Positions 17,632 through 26,588 of a stretch of DNA of 64,000 bases are shown here, one piece after another. The stretch covers positions 5,610 through 69,609 of the IMG/VR virus record IMGVR_UViG_3300042431_000676; one strand, given 5' to 3'. Each line of letters opens with the position of its first letter. Position 1 is the stretch's first letter. The DNA comes from a virus (Duplodnaviria; Caudoviricetes). The notes below the pieces were generated by a model, which saw nothing but the letters and a program-made list of their open reading frames with translations, was not told the DNA's origin and did no database searches. Position numbers and translations under genes: made by a program.

Positions 17632-18708
17632 ATGTTACAATTAACTGAAACTTATAGTAGTGAGTTCTCTGGTAATGAGTTTAAAATTGGTTCATCAGCT
17701 ACTTCTTATTTTATACCTATAATTAATTGTCATAGAGAAGGTTCTCGACATCAAAGAATTTATGAAGGAGACTTTATAATTTATAATAGACCAGCATTAA
17801 ATAAAAATTCACCAAAAAAATTTAATTTAAGAGATTTTCTTGGAATGATAAATGAATCTGTTGGTTTATATCCTTTTAATTTAGGTGTAGGAGAAGAAAA
17901 GATAATAATTCATGTAGCAAAAGGTTATATAGTTAATGAAAAAGATGAACTTCTTATGGTATTGACTACTAAACCTGATAGATTAAGTTTACATTATCAA
18001 TCAAGGTATTCAAATGTTTCAATTCCTAAAGAAAATGCTAAACATTTAACTTTATTAATTTCTACTGAATTACTAACTAATCCTGTATATTCAAATTTCT
18101 ATAAAAAATTAGAAAAAGAATATATTTTAGATGCTTACAAAGCTGAAATTCCAGTAGTATTTACCACAACTTCTAAAATTGAAAAATTAACTTATTCTAA
18201 TGAGTTTGAATTGAAATTCAATACTGTAGATGAATTACAAAATCATTTAAGAGATAATGTAGGTAATATTATGTTTAAAAGTAATGAACAATTCAAAACT
18301 TTTAATCCTGGAATAGGTAGTAAAATTGAGGATAGACAAAGAAAATTTGTTCCTATTAAAACTGATGAGGTTATATGGGAAGAAGAAATTCCTAAAATGG
18401 AAGGTATTGTAGCTCAAATGAGAAGAAGAGGTGCTATTGACCCTATTAATCCTATTAGTGCTGATTATCTTAATTCTATTAATATAGAAGAATCAAGAAG
18501 ATTGATAAATGAGAATTTAATTAATCCTTCTACTCTTCTGAATAGTTTTACTGATTCTTATAATGAATATCCAGTAACTCCAGCAGAAGCATTTGTTAAT
18601 AGTGTTTTAGGAAATGAACCTTTAGATGAACCAACTACAAGAAGAAGAACTGTAATCAATTTAATTGATGATACAGAAGAGCCACAAGTTGAAGATTTAC
18701 CCTTCTAA
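17632..18708 (+). CDS. Hypothetical protein coupled to E1, with disordered acidic tail ending EDLPF
   Basis: Starts 2 nt after the E1 stop; C-terminal VINLIDDTEEPQVEDLPF. Confidence 0.7.
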   Translation: MLQLTETYSSEFSGNEFKIGSSATSYFIPIINCHREGSRHQRIYEGDFIIYNRPALNKNSPKKFNLRDFLGMINESVGLYPFNLGVGEEKIIIHVAKGYIVNEKDELLMVLTTKPDRLSLHYQSRYSNVSIPKENAKHLTLLISTELLTNPVYSNFYKKLEKEYILDAYKAEIPVVFTTTSKIEKLTYSNEFELKFNTVDELQNHLRDNVGNIMFKSNEQFKTFNPGIGSKIEDRQRKFVPIKTDEVIWEEEIPKMEGIVAQMRRRGAIDPINPISADYLNSINIEESRRLINENLINPSTLLNSFTDSYNEYPVTPAEAFVNSVLGNEPLDEPTTRRRTVINLIDDTEEPQVEDLPF

Positions 18709-18754
18709 TTTGTAACATAAAGTTTTTAATTGTTTAATTAAATTAAAAACCTTA

Positions 18755-19288
18755 ATGGGAATAGGAAAGACAAATAAAAGAAAAGGAAGTAATGCAGAAA
18801 GATTATATGCCATAAAATTTAGAGATTTAGGTTTTAATTTTTGTGAAACTTCTCGTTTTGTCAGCAAAAAACATGATAATGCAAAGATAGATTTAATGTA
18901 TATTCCATTTAATTTGCAAATCAAAGCTGGTAAACAAAAAAACATGAATGTAGGTAAAGAGTTGTTTGCTATGTATAGCTGTATTCAAGCAATGTTCCCA
19001 AAAGAAGATGAAGTTTTTAAGAAACCTTTATTGTTAGTTCACTACGAAGAAGTAGGAAGAGGTCATAAAAGACTTCCTGAACATGAAAAGGTTTACATGT
19101 CATTACAACAATTCGATATATTTCAGACAAAAAGTCCTTTTTTAAAGTATGATACTTTGAAAGATTTTAAATTTTATATGAACTCTGAATTTAAAACTAT
19201 TGTGAGTATGACATTTGAAGTTTTTAAAAATGAAATAATATTAAAACACTACATCGAAAATGGGAGTAATAATAACACCACAGAATGA
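18755..19288 (+). CDS. Holliday junction resolvase-like PD-(D/E)XK nuclease
   Basis: NKRKGSNAER...IDL...LQIKAG, Hjc-like pattern. Confidence 0.7.
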   Translation: MGIGKTNKRKGSNAERLYAIKFRDLGFNFCETSRFVSKKHDNAKIDLMYIPFNLQIKAGKQKNMNVGKELFAMYSCIQAMFPKEDEVFKKPLLLVHYEEVGRGHKRLPEHEKVYMSLQQFDIFQTKSPFLKYDTLKDFKFYMNSEFKTIVSMTFEVFKNEIILKHYIENGSNNNTTE

Positions 19289-20498
19289 AATTGATGCTTA
19301 TTATGTATCAGAAAGTTTAGGGCAATCTAAATTAAAAAAAATTGCAAAAGGAGTAGATTTATTTACTTATGATGAAAACATTAGTGATAAACCTCATATT
19401 ATTTTAGGTAAAGCTGTAGATACCATACTAACAGGAGAAGAAGGAGAATTTGAAAAAGCATTCTATGTTTCTTCATTAGAAAAAGCTCCTTCTGATGCTG
19501 TTGCTGGAATAATCTTGTCAGTATTTAATAGAGTAAAAGAGGATTATGATAATTTGATAAATAGTTATCCTGTAAAAGATGCTGTTGAAGTTAAAGATAA
19601 TGGAGACCATATTAGTATTGAAAATGATACTTTGGAATTTCCTGAATTACAAAAATCTTTTCCTGAATTTGCTGGTTATTTACATGATTGGGAAGCATAT
19701 ATTCTTGATGCTTGTGCAGAAGTAAACTATCAATCAAGATGGGGAGCAGAAGCAAAAATAAAAGCTATTTGTGAACCAGGAACAGAGTATTTTCAAGATT
19801 TATCAAAATCTTTTGGTAAAACTATTATTGATTCTACTACTCATAATAAAATATTGAATATAACTTCTTCTTTGAAAACACATTGGAGAACAGCTAAATA
19901 TTTTGATAGAGAATCACAATCAGAATTTGAGAATGTAACATTTATTTATCAAATGCCTATATATTTTAATTATAAAGGTGTAGAATGTAAAGCTCTATTA
20001 GATTTAGTTGTTGTAGTTAGAGATGAACAAGGTAAAATTATTAGTGTTGAAGGTATTGATTTAAAAACAATGTCTGGAAATACTGTTGATTTCTTGAGTA
20101 GTATCAAATCTTATAGATATGATATTCAAGGTGCTTGGTATTCTGCTGCATTAATTGATTATTATGCTTTACAAAATAATCTTGATGTACTAAAACCTTT
20201 CAAATTCATAGTAGAATCTACTATAAATCCTGGAAAACCACTTATTTATCAAATGTCAGAAACATTATTGAAAATAGGTAAAGAGGGAAGACCATCTTAT
20301 ACTGTTGTTGATACTTCATTTTCAACAAGTATTCCAGAACAATATGTTATATTGTCTAAAATTGATGGTTTTGACCAATTAATTGATTTATTTATATACC
20401 ATACAGAAAAAGGATGGGAAATGGATAAAGATATTATAGAAGCTGATGAAAAAAATGAACATTTAATTGTTGATTGGAATGGTATTATAAATGTATAA
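19260..20498 (+). CDS. RecE/ExoVIII-like PD-(D/E)XK exonuclease
   Basis: SKLK, LGKAVD, CKALLD, IDLKT, YRYDIQGAWY. Confidence 0.8.
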   Translation: MGVIITPQNEIDAYYVSESLGQSKLKKIAKGVDLFTYDENISDKPHIILGKAVDTILTGEEGEFEKAFYVSSLEKAPSDAVAGIILSVFNRVKEDYDNLINSYPVKDAVEVKDNGDHISIENDTLEFPELQKSFPEFAGYLHDWEAYILDACAEVNYQSRWGAEAKIKAICEPGTEYFQDLSKSFGKTIIDSTTHNKILNITSSLKTHWRTAKYFDRESQSEFENVTFIYQMPIYFNYKGVECKALLDLVVVVRDEQGKIISVEGIDLKTMSGNTVDFLSSIKSYRYDIQGAWYSAALIDYYALQNNLDVLKPFKFIVESTINPGKPLIYQMSETLLKIGKEGRPSYTVVDTSFSTSIPEQYVILSKIDGFDQLIDLFIYHTEKGWEMDKDIIEADEKNEHLIVDWNGIINV

Positions 20499-20501
20499 AT
20501 T

Positions 20502-21092
20502 ATGCAAATAGAATTAGGAAAAATATATGTAAATAAAACTTATAAATATTTATTACCTTGTTTAAAACTGCATGGTCCAACATTTGTAGTAAAATTAAAT
20601 TCTGTCTTTAATTTAGCATTTGGAATACATGACTGTCTATTAGATGGTACTGATTTTGAACAACAAAGATTGATTTATATTTTATCAGACAAGTTGTATC
20701 AACCTGCAAAATTTCAAAACTTTCTAAATTATCTTAAACATCAGGAATATTATGTTACTGATTATGCTTATGATGATATTGAAAGAGGTAGAAAACACAT
20801 GGTTGTTATTAAATTTCCAGAAAGTCATAGTGATGTTTATGATAAATTCAATGAAGGTAAATACAGTAAAATGTATTGTAAAGATGAATTAGAACAATTT
20901 TTTCCAAAAGATTCGGAAGCTAAAAAAGTTTTAACTAAATCTTTAAGTATGAGAGACATATTTATCAAAAAAGTAAATGATTCATTTGGTACACTTTTGA
21001 CACATAATGACTTGAAAGGAGAAGGAATAGAATATGACTTCCCTCCTGAAAAACAAAAAGAATTTTTTAATTATAAGAACCTTGAGGAGTAA
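20502..21092 (+). CDS. Conserved hypothetical phage protein
   Basis: 196-aa ORF; NKTYKYLLP and FNEGKYSKMY segments. Confidence 0.7.
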   Translation: MQIELGKIYVNKTYKYLLPCLKLHGPTFVVKLNSVFNLAFGIHDCLLDGTDFEQQRLIYILSDKLYQPAKFQNFLNYLKHQEYYVTDYAYDDIERGRKHMVVIKFPESHSDVYDKFNEGKYSKMYCKDELEQFFPKDSEAKKVLTKSLSMRDIFIKKVNDSFGTLLTHNDLKGEGIEYDFPPEKQKEFFNYKNLEE

Positions 21093-21113
21093 AGGAAACC
21101 TCTAATCTTTATT

Positions 21114-21368
21114 ATGAATAATAATGCAAAACTAACAAAAGCTGTACAAGAAGTTACAGGTTTGACAAAAGATGAAGCTGAAAAAAACATTCAAGCTGTA
21201 TTAACTTCTTGTAAAAATCTTGCTATTGAAGATGGTAAATTAACCATTCAAGGTTATGGTACTTTCTCAAATGTTAAGAAAGCTGCAAGACAAGGTAGAA
21301 ATCCTAAAACAGGAGAAACTCTTACTATTGCTGCAAGAGAAGTATTTAGTTTCAAAGGAGCTAAATAG
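21114..21368 (+). CDS. hup: HU/IHF family DNA-binding protein
   Basis: IQGYGTF, KAARQGRNPKTGETLTIAA, FSFK. Confidence 0.95.
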   Translation: MNNNAKLTKAVQEVTGLTKDEAEKNIQAVLTSCKNLAIEDGKLTIQGYGTFSNVKKAARQGRNPKTGETLTIAAREVFSFKGAK

Positions 21369-21381
21369 TTTTATAAATTAT

Positions 21382-21420
21382 AATCAAAGTGAAGTAGAAA
21401 TGCTTCACTTTGATTTTTTT
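21382..21420 (+). terminator. Rho-independent terminator
   Basis: aatcaaagtgaagta-gaaa-tgcttcactttgatt plus T-run. Confidence 0.85.
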
Positions 21421-21433
21421 AAAATTATAAATT

Positions 21434-21676
21434 ATGTGGCAATCACTATTTAAAGTAGCATTAAATCCAGAATTTACTCCAGGATTTAAAAGATTCATAA
21501 GAGAACAAGTTACACCAGCAATGCAAAATGATGATAATATTTCTGGGAAATCTGGTCAATATGAAGTAGGTTTAATACAAGAATCTATGGATGAATCTAA
21601 TGAAAAATTTGATAATCAAGATTTAATGGTAATGACTGAATTACATAAAGAATCTATAGAATTTGTAGAATTATGA
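21434..21676 (+). CDS. Hypothetical protein
   Basis: ORF with ATGA overlap to the next gene. Confidence 0.6.
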   Translation: MWQSLFKVALNPEFTPGFKRFIREQVTPAMQNDDNISGKSGQYEVGLIQESMDESNEKFDNQDLMVMTELHKESIEFVEL

Positions 21677-22002
21677 CACAAGAGGAATTTGACAAAGTAA
21701 TTGAAAACAGATTACAAAAAATCAAAGAAACATTATTAATTAAAGGTAAAGAGTATATTAGAAATAATGACCCTTTACATAATTTTAATGTAGCAGCAAG
21801 AATAAATAATGTTTCAAGAGAAAAAGCATTATGGGGATTTGCTCTAAAACATTATGTATCATTTATTGATATTCTTAATGATATTGATAATAATATTCTC
21901 CCTTCTACTGAAAAAGTAGATGAAAAAATTGGAGATTTAATTAATTATCTTATATTATGTGAAGCATCTATTAAAGACAAAATTGAAGATTATGAATCAT
22001 AA
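21673..22002 (+). CDS. DUF1599-like / all-alpha nucleotide-modification-associated protein
   Basis: KGKEY...DPLHNF...KH...EKIGDLINYLIL pattern. Confidence 0.6.
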   Translation: MTQEEFDKVIENRLQKIKETLLIKGKEYIRNNDPLHNFNVAARINNVSREKALWGFALKHYVSFIDILNDIDNNILPSTEKVDEKIGDLINYLILCEASIKDKIEDYES

Positions 22003-22282
22003 AGAGGAAAAAGCAATAGAAGCTCAAAAAATAATCCATGATATTAGAAACATTGTTACATCAGATGAAAAAACAAATTTAACTGTATGTAGTGATGATT
22101 ATGATTTCATTAATTTCTCTACAAGAGAAAATGGTAATATTGGAGATGAAGAACACTCTGATATTGATTATCAAGATGCAAAAAGAATTGAGAAAATTCT
22201 TCTTGATAAATATAGAGGTAAAATATCTACTGATATTGAAACTGTTGATGAATGGGTACACTTAAATGTTGAAATAAGATGA
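21992..22282 (+). CDS. Hypothetical protein
   Basis: ORF; ATG at 21992 preferred. Confidence 0.6.
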   Translation: MNHKEEKAIEAQKIIHDIRNIVTSDEKTNLTVCSDDYDFINFSTRENGNIGDEEHSDIDYQDAKRIEKILLDKYRGKISTDIETVDEWVHLNVEIR

Positions 22283-23088
22283 CAAAAAAGTATAAATTAA
22301 TCAAAGAATATCCAGGTTCACCTAAATTAGGTACTATTGTGGATAGAAGAGGTGTTTTTGTATATTTTGATATAAATAGTCCTAATGTAAATATGACTGT
22401 TTCACAAAATTATGTAGAAAATTATCCTGAATATTGGGAAGAAGTAATTGAAAAGAAAGATTATGAAATTTTATCTTTTATGTGTAATCAAAACTTTAAT
22501 GAGTTAATAAAAGGCGAAATTATTACCAAGCAAGAAAATGGTCAATATAAAGGTGATAATATTTTAACTTGGGAAGGAGAAGAAGGTCTTGTTAAGATGG
22601 AACATTGGTCTATTTATTCAGTTAAAAGATTATCTGATGGAGAAGTATTCAGTTTAACTAATAGAATTACTTCTGCTTTTACTAAATATCATATAAACAG
22701 AATAAGTATCATAAAAGATATAGTCTTCATTGATGGTTTAAAAGATTTATCTGAACCTAATGGTGGTAGAATACACTATAGATTAGAAAATATCAAAAAG
22801 GTAGAGTATCTATTTACAACTGTAGATGGAGAAGAAATTTATGAAGGAGATAATTATTGTGCTGTATTTTATGATTTTAAATATTTAGAACAAGAAGCAA
22901 TAGAAAATTATAAGTTAGACAATGCTACTTGGAGATTTTCAACAAAAGAAGCTGCTCAAGAATTTATTTTACTTAACAAACCTTGTTTATCTGTTAATGA
23001 TGTTATGAGTGCAGGTTATGGTATATGTAATCCTCATGCTTTACTATCAATTGTAAATTCTAAAATTAATGGAAAAACAAAAAATTAA
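22279..23088 (+). CDS. Hypothetical phage protein
   Basis: 269-aa ORF; KYKLIKEYPGS and SVKRLSDGEVF segments. Confidence 0.7.
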   Translation: MTKKYKLIKEYPGSPKLGTIVDRRGVFVYFDINSPNVNMTVSQNYVENYPEYWEEVIEKKDYEILSFMCNQNFNELIKGEIITKQENGQYKGDNILTWEGEEGLVKMEHWSIYSVKRLSDGEVFSLTNRITSAFTKYHINRISIIKDIVFIDGLKDLSEPNGGRIHYRLENIKKVEYLFTTVDGEEIYEGDNYCAVFYDFKYLEQEAIENYKLDNATWRFSTKEAAQEFILLNKPCLSVNDVMSAGYGICNPHALLSIVNSKINGKTKN

Positions 23089-23425
23089 TCAAATCATTGG
23101 TCAAATAGAGAAATCTATTGAAGAAATTGAACTATCTTTAAATGAAGAAGAATTTAAAGATTATTGTGATAATGCTTATACATTAATTTCATATTGGAAA
23201 CAACAAATTAAAATATTGTCAATAATGGCTAAATTAACACAAGAACAAAAAGAACATTATCTGAAAAATCCAGATGAATGTCCATATTGTTATTCAGGAG
23301 ATATTACAGCATACCATCCAGATTTTGATACAAATTCTTGTAGTAGAATTGTCAAATGTAATGAAGAGGATTGTGGTAAAAAATGGGTAGATGTTTATGA
23401 ACTTAAAGGTATTGAGGAATTATGA
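23069..23425 (+). CDS. Zinc-ribbon protein
   Basis: CPYC...CNEEDC. Confidence 0.6.
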   Translation: MEKQKINQIIGQIEKSIEEIELSLNEEEFKDYCDNAYTLISYWKQQIKILSIMAKLTQEQKEHYLKNPDECPYCYSGDITAYHPDFDTNSCSRIVKCNEEDCGKKWVDVYELKGIEEL

Positions 23426-23583
23426 TAGAAGTAATTAACAGATTAAAAGCTATGAAGCAATGGTCTGACAGAATAGGTTCTGATGAAATTGGTGAAATCA
23501 ATGAAATGATTGCTATACTTGAGAAAGAAGTAGCTCATAACAAGAAAACTGCAATGGAAATTTCTAAAATTTTGACTGAATGA
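23422..23583 (+). CDS. Small hypothetical protein (53 aa, not in ORF track)
   Basis: MIEVINRLKAMKQWSDRIG...; ATGA overlaps at both ends. Confidence 0.55.
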   Translation: MIEVINRLKAMKQWSDRIGSDEIGEINEMIAILEKEVAHNKKTAMEISKILTE

Positions 23584-25079
23584 CACCAAGTATAAAACAA
23601 CAAACTGTATATGATACTTGGACTACTACAGACTATAACTTACTTATTCAATCAGTAGCAGGAAGTGGTAAAACAACTACTTTGATGGGTATTTTAGAAA
23701 GATGTGAATATAGAACTTTATTTTTAGCTTTTAATAAATCAATTCAAGAAGAAATTCAAGGTAAAATTGAACAGAATGGATATGCACATGCTAAAGCTAT
23801 GACTATCCATTCTTTAGGTTTACTTTCAATTAGAAATCATTATGGTTCAGGAAATGTTATTATAAATAATAACAAATCTTGGCAACTTATGAAAGATTTA
23901 GAAAGGTTTAATAAAAGATTATTTGGTTCACTTATTTGGGAAGAAAGAGCTAAAATTAGTATGACTATTATGGAAATGAATGACTTGTCAAGAGTTTTTC
24001 TTACCAATGATATGAAAGAACTTTTTGGTTTTATGAAACAGATGGACAAATTTTATTTTGAACATCCAAATCTTGAACAATTATGGAATGAATTTATTAC
24101 TTTAAGAGAGCAAACTTATACTGGTAGTAAAATTGAAATTGATTTCAATGATATGATATATCTTGTTGTAAGAGAGAAGATTATGATAGCAGTTCAACCT
24201 TATTATTTAATGATTGATGAAGTTCAAGATTTAAGTTTTGCACAACATCAATTTATTCATTTGCTGGTAAATCAAGGTGATATAGAAAAATGGGTCAAAA
24301 TTGGAGATAGAAGACAATCAATTTATGGATTTTCAGGTGCTTATGGTAATTCTTTTGATTTAATCAAAGAAGAACCAAATGTAATTGAATTACCATTAGA
24401 TGTTTGTTATAGATGTCCTCAATTAGTTGTAGATGAAGCAAATAAAGTATATAATGTAATGGAAGGATTTAAGCAAGAACCAGGAATTGTTGATAACATT
24501 ACAGATGTTTCATTAATTCAAGAAGGTTCTATGGTTATTTGTAGAAACTCTACTCCTCTTATTGATTTATACTTTCAATTATTATCATTGAATAAAAAAG
24601 TATTTATTAAAGGTGATGATATTTTAGCTTCTATAACTAAATTCTTAAAACCATATTCTTATAAAACTGTTGATGAAACTAAAAGAAAAATAGCTTCTGA
24701 ATTAACAAGATTAGAAAGAATTGAAAATAAGAATGATGATGAAAGATTCAAACTTTATAGATTGAAACAAAATTATTCTAATTTTATTCTTTTAATAACT
24801 CATTTAGTTATTGGAGATAACAAAATAGAAGTTTTATTACAATCTTTAAAACAATTATTTGCTGAAACAGATGATGAATCAGTTATTACATTATGTACTA
24901 TTCATAAATCTAAAGGATTAGAAGCTGATGTAGTATATATTTTAAATGAATTTTTAATTCCATCTAAATTTGCTAAATCACCAATGCAATTAGAACAGGA
25001 ACAAAATTTAAAATATGTAGCAAGAACCAGAGCAAAAAAGGAACTTTATTATTTAATAATAAAATCAGAAGATGAGTAA
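23580..25079 (+). CDS. UvrD/Rep-like SF1 helicase
   Basis: VAGSGKTT, LAFNK, IDEVQD, GDRRQSIYGFSG, CYRCP, TIHKSKGLE, YVARTRA. Confidence 0.92.
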   Translation: MTPSIKQQTVYDTWTTTDYNLLIQSVAGSGKTTTLMGILERCEYRTLFLAFNKSIQEEIQGKIEQNGYAHAKAMTIHSLGLLSIRNHYGSGNVIINNNKSWQLMKDLERFNKRLFGSLIWEERAKISMTIMEMNDLSRVFLTNDMKELFGFMKQMDKFYFEHPNLEQLWNEFITLREQTYTGSKIEIDFNDMIYLVVREKIMIAVQPYYLMIDEVQDLSFAQHQFIHLLVNQGDIEKWVKIGDRRQSIYGFSGAYGNSFDLIKEEPNVIELPLDVCYRCPQLVVDEANKVYNVMEGFKQEPGIVDNITDVSLIQEGSMVICRNSTPLIDLYFQLLSLNKKVFIKGDDILASITKFLKPYSYKTVDETKRKIASELTRLERIENKNDDERFKLYRLKQNYSNFILLITHLVIGDNKIEVLLQSLKQLFAETDDESVITLCTIHKSKGLEADVVYILNEFLIPSKFAKSPMQLEQEQNLKYVARTRAKKELYYLIIKSEDE

Positions 25080-25194
25080 ACCAAAAGAATGTATAAATTC
25101 TAATTGTAATAAAATAATTTATGTAGAAGATTGTAATCTACATTTACCTTTACAATGTGAAGATTGTATCAATAAAAAACTTAAAGATGAGTGA
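25072..25194 (+). CDS. Tiny Cys-rich protein (40 aa, not in ORF track)
   Basis: MSKPKECINSNC...QCEDCINKKLKDE; overlaps both neighbours. Confidence 0.45.
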   Translation: MSKPKECINSNCNKIIYVEDCNLHLPLQCEDCINKKLKDE

Positions 25195-25384
25195 TATAAC
25201 AACTAAAGAAAAAGTGCAAGGTATAAAAATTATATTAGGTGCATTAGAAGAAGGTTTAAAAGAATTACATGCAGAAGGTGTTGTATGTAATTTTACAATA
25301 GCTACTGATAAAAAAACAGTATCTATAAGTTCTGAAAAAGAATTTAGTATAGAATTAAAAGCAACAATAAATCAAGAACTATGA
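25187..25384 (+). CDS. Hypothetical protein
   Basis: ATG at 25187; ATGA overlap with thyX. Confidence 0.55.
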   Translation: MSDITTKEKVQGIKIILGALEEGLKELHAEGVVCNFTIATDKKTVSISSEKEFSIELKATINQEL

Positions 25385-25869
25385 TTAGAGCAGAAATAGT
25401 TGGGCATTCAAAAAGTCCACAAGGAGATGAATTAATTACAGTATTGGCAACATTTCCAAGACATATTTTAGCAGAGGTCAATACTCACAGAATGTTGAGT
25501 AAAAATACCTCATCAAGTAGAGCAATTCCATTTGATAAACTGTTAGAAATGGTACAAGAAAATCCTTTTATTCCTATTGCTTGGCAAAAAGAACATAAAG
25601 GAATGCAAGGAACTGAATATTGGGAAGGAGAACATGAAATACTTGATTTAAGAGAAAGTTGGTTAATCTCAAGAGATAGAGCTATAGAAGGAGCAAAAGA
25701 TTTACATGCTAATAAAGTAACTAAACAACTTTGTAATAGATTAATAGAGCCATTTATGTGGACTACTATGTTAATTACTGGTAGTAGAGAAGGTTGGGAT
25801 AATTTCTTTAGATTAAGAAACCCAGTCTATGAGATTGATTTAGATAATCTTGAAAGTTTAAAAGATTAA
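25381..25869 (+). CDS. thyX: Flavin-dependent thymidylate synthase, N-terminal half
   Basis: FPRHILAEVNTHRMLSKNTSSSRAIP (THRx7S), KQLCNRLIEPF, WDNFFRLR. Confidence 0.85.
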   Translation: MIRAEIVGHSKSPQGDELITVLATFPRHILAEVNTHRMLSKNTSSSRAIPFDKLLEMVQENPFIPIAWQKEHKGMQGTEYWEGEHEILDLRESWLISRDRAIEGAKDLHANKVTKQLCNRLIEPFMWTTMLITGSREGWDNFFRLRNPVYEIDLDNLESLKD

Positions 25870-25897
25870 AATTTTGTACTTTGGGATAATTTCTTTA
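25794..25897 (+). repeat. 17-bp direct repeat ttgggataatttcttta
   Basis: Exact copies at 25794-25810 (inside thyX-N) and 25881-25897 (intergenic). Confidence 0.9.
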
Positions 25898-25903
25898 TCT
25901 TTG
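25873..25903 (+). promoter_or_regulatory. Bacteroidota sigma-A promoter for the endonuclease-tad1-thyX-C unit
   Basis: -33 TTTG (25873-25876), 19-nt spacer, -7 TATCTTTG (25896-25903). Confidence 0.75.
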
Positions 25904-25919
25904 TAAAAATTTATAAAAG

Positions 25920-26588
25920 ATGAAAAAATATTATGTTTATCAACATATAAGAGAAGATAAGAATGAGATATTTTATATAGGTATTGGTACAAAATCTAAA
26001 CAAGATTTAAAATGTAGTACTTATAGTAGAGCTTATTCTAAACACATAGATAATAATATTTGGCTTAAAATAATTGATAAAACTAATTGGAAATTTGAAA
26101 TACTTTTTGAAGCTGATGATAGAAAAGAAGTAGAACAGATGGAAATAGATTTAATTGCTAAATATGGTAGAAAATGTGATAAAACAGGTTGTTTAGCTAA
26201 CTTAACTTTAGGTGGAGAATCTAATTTAGGGTATAAACATACTCAAGAAGCTATACAAAAAATCTCTGAAAAAGCCAAAAGAAAAAGAGGTTATTCTAAT
26301 ATTAATTATACTCCTGAATTAAAACAAAAGTTATCTAATATTCAAAAAGAAATTGCTAACAAACCTGAAAAAATTGAATATAGAAGAAATCTTGCTAAAG
26401 ACAATTCATATAGGTCTATCTCAGCTTCTTTAGAAGATTTAGAAACAGGTAATATTTGGAGTGCAAAATCCATAAAAGAGTTATCTAAAATTTGTCCAAT
26501 AGCTTATCCAACTCTTATTAGAATGAAAAAACAAGACCCAAGATGTAAATTGTATAATAAATATAAATTAATAGTGTATGAAAAATAA
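25920..26588 (+). CDS. GIY-YIG homing endonuclease with NUMOD3-like motif
   Basis: YYVYQH...FYIGIG...RAY...E...LANLTLGGE; GYKHTQEAIQKISE. Confidence 0.85.
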   Translation: MKKYYVYQHIREDKNEIFYIGIGTKSKQDLKCSTYSRAYSKHIDNNIWLKIIDKTNWKFEILFEADDRKEVEQMEIDLIAKYGRKCDKTGCLANLTLGGESNLGYKHTQEAIQKISEKAKRKRGYSNINYTPELKQKLSNIQKEIANKPEKIEYRRNLAKDNSYRSISASLEDLETGNIWSAKSIKELSKICPIAYPTLIRMKKQDPRCKLYNKYKLIVYEK

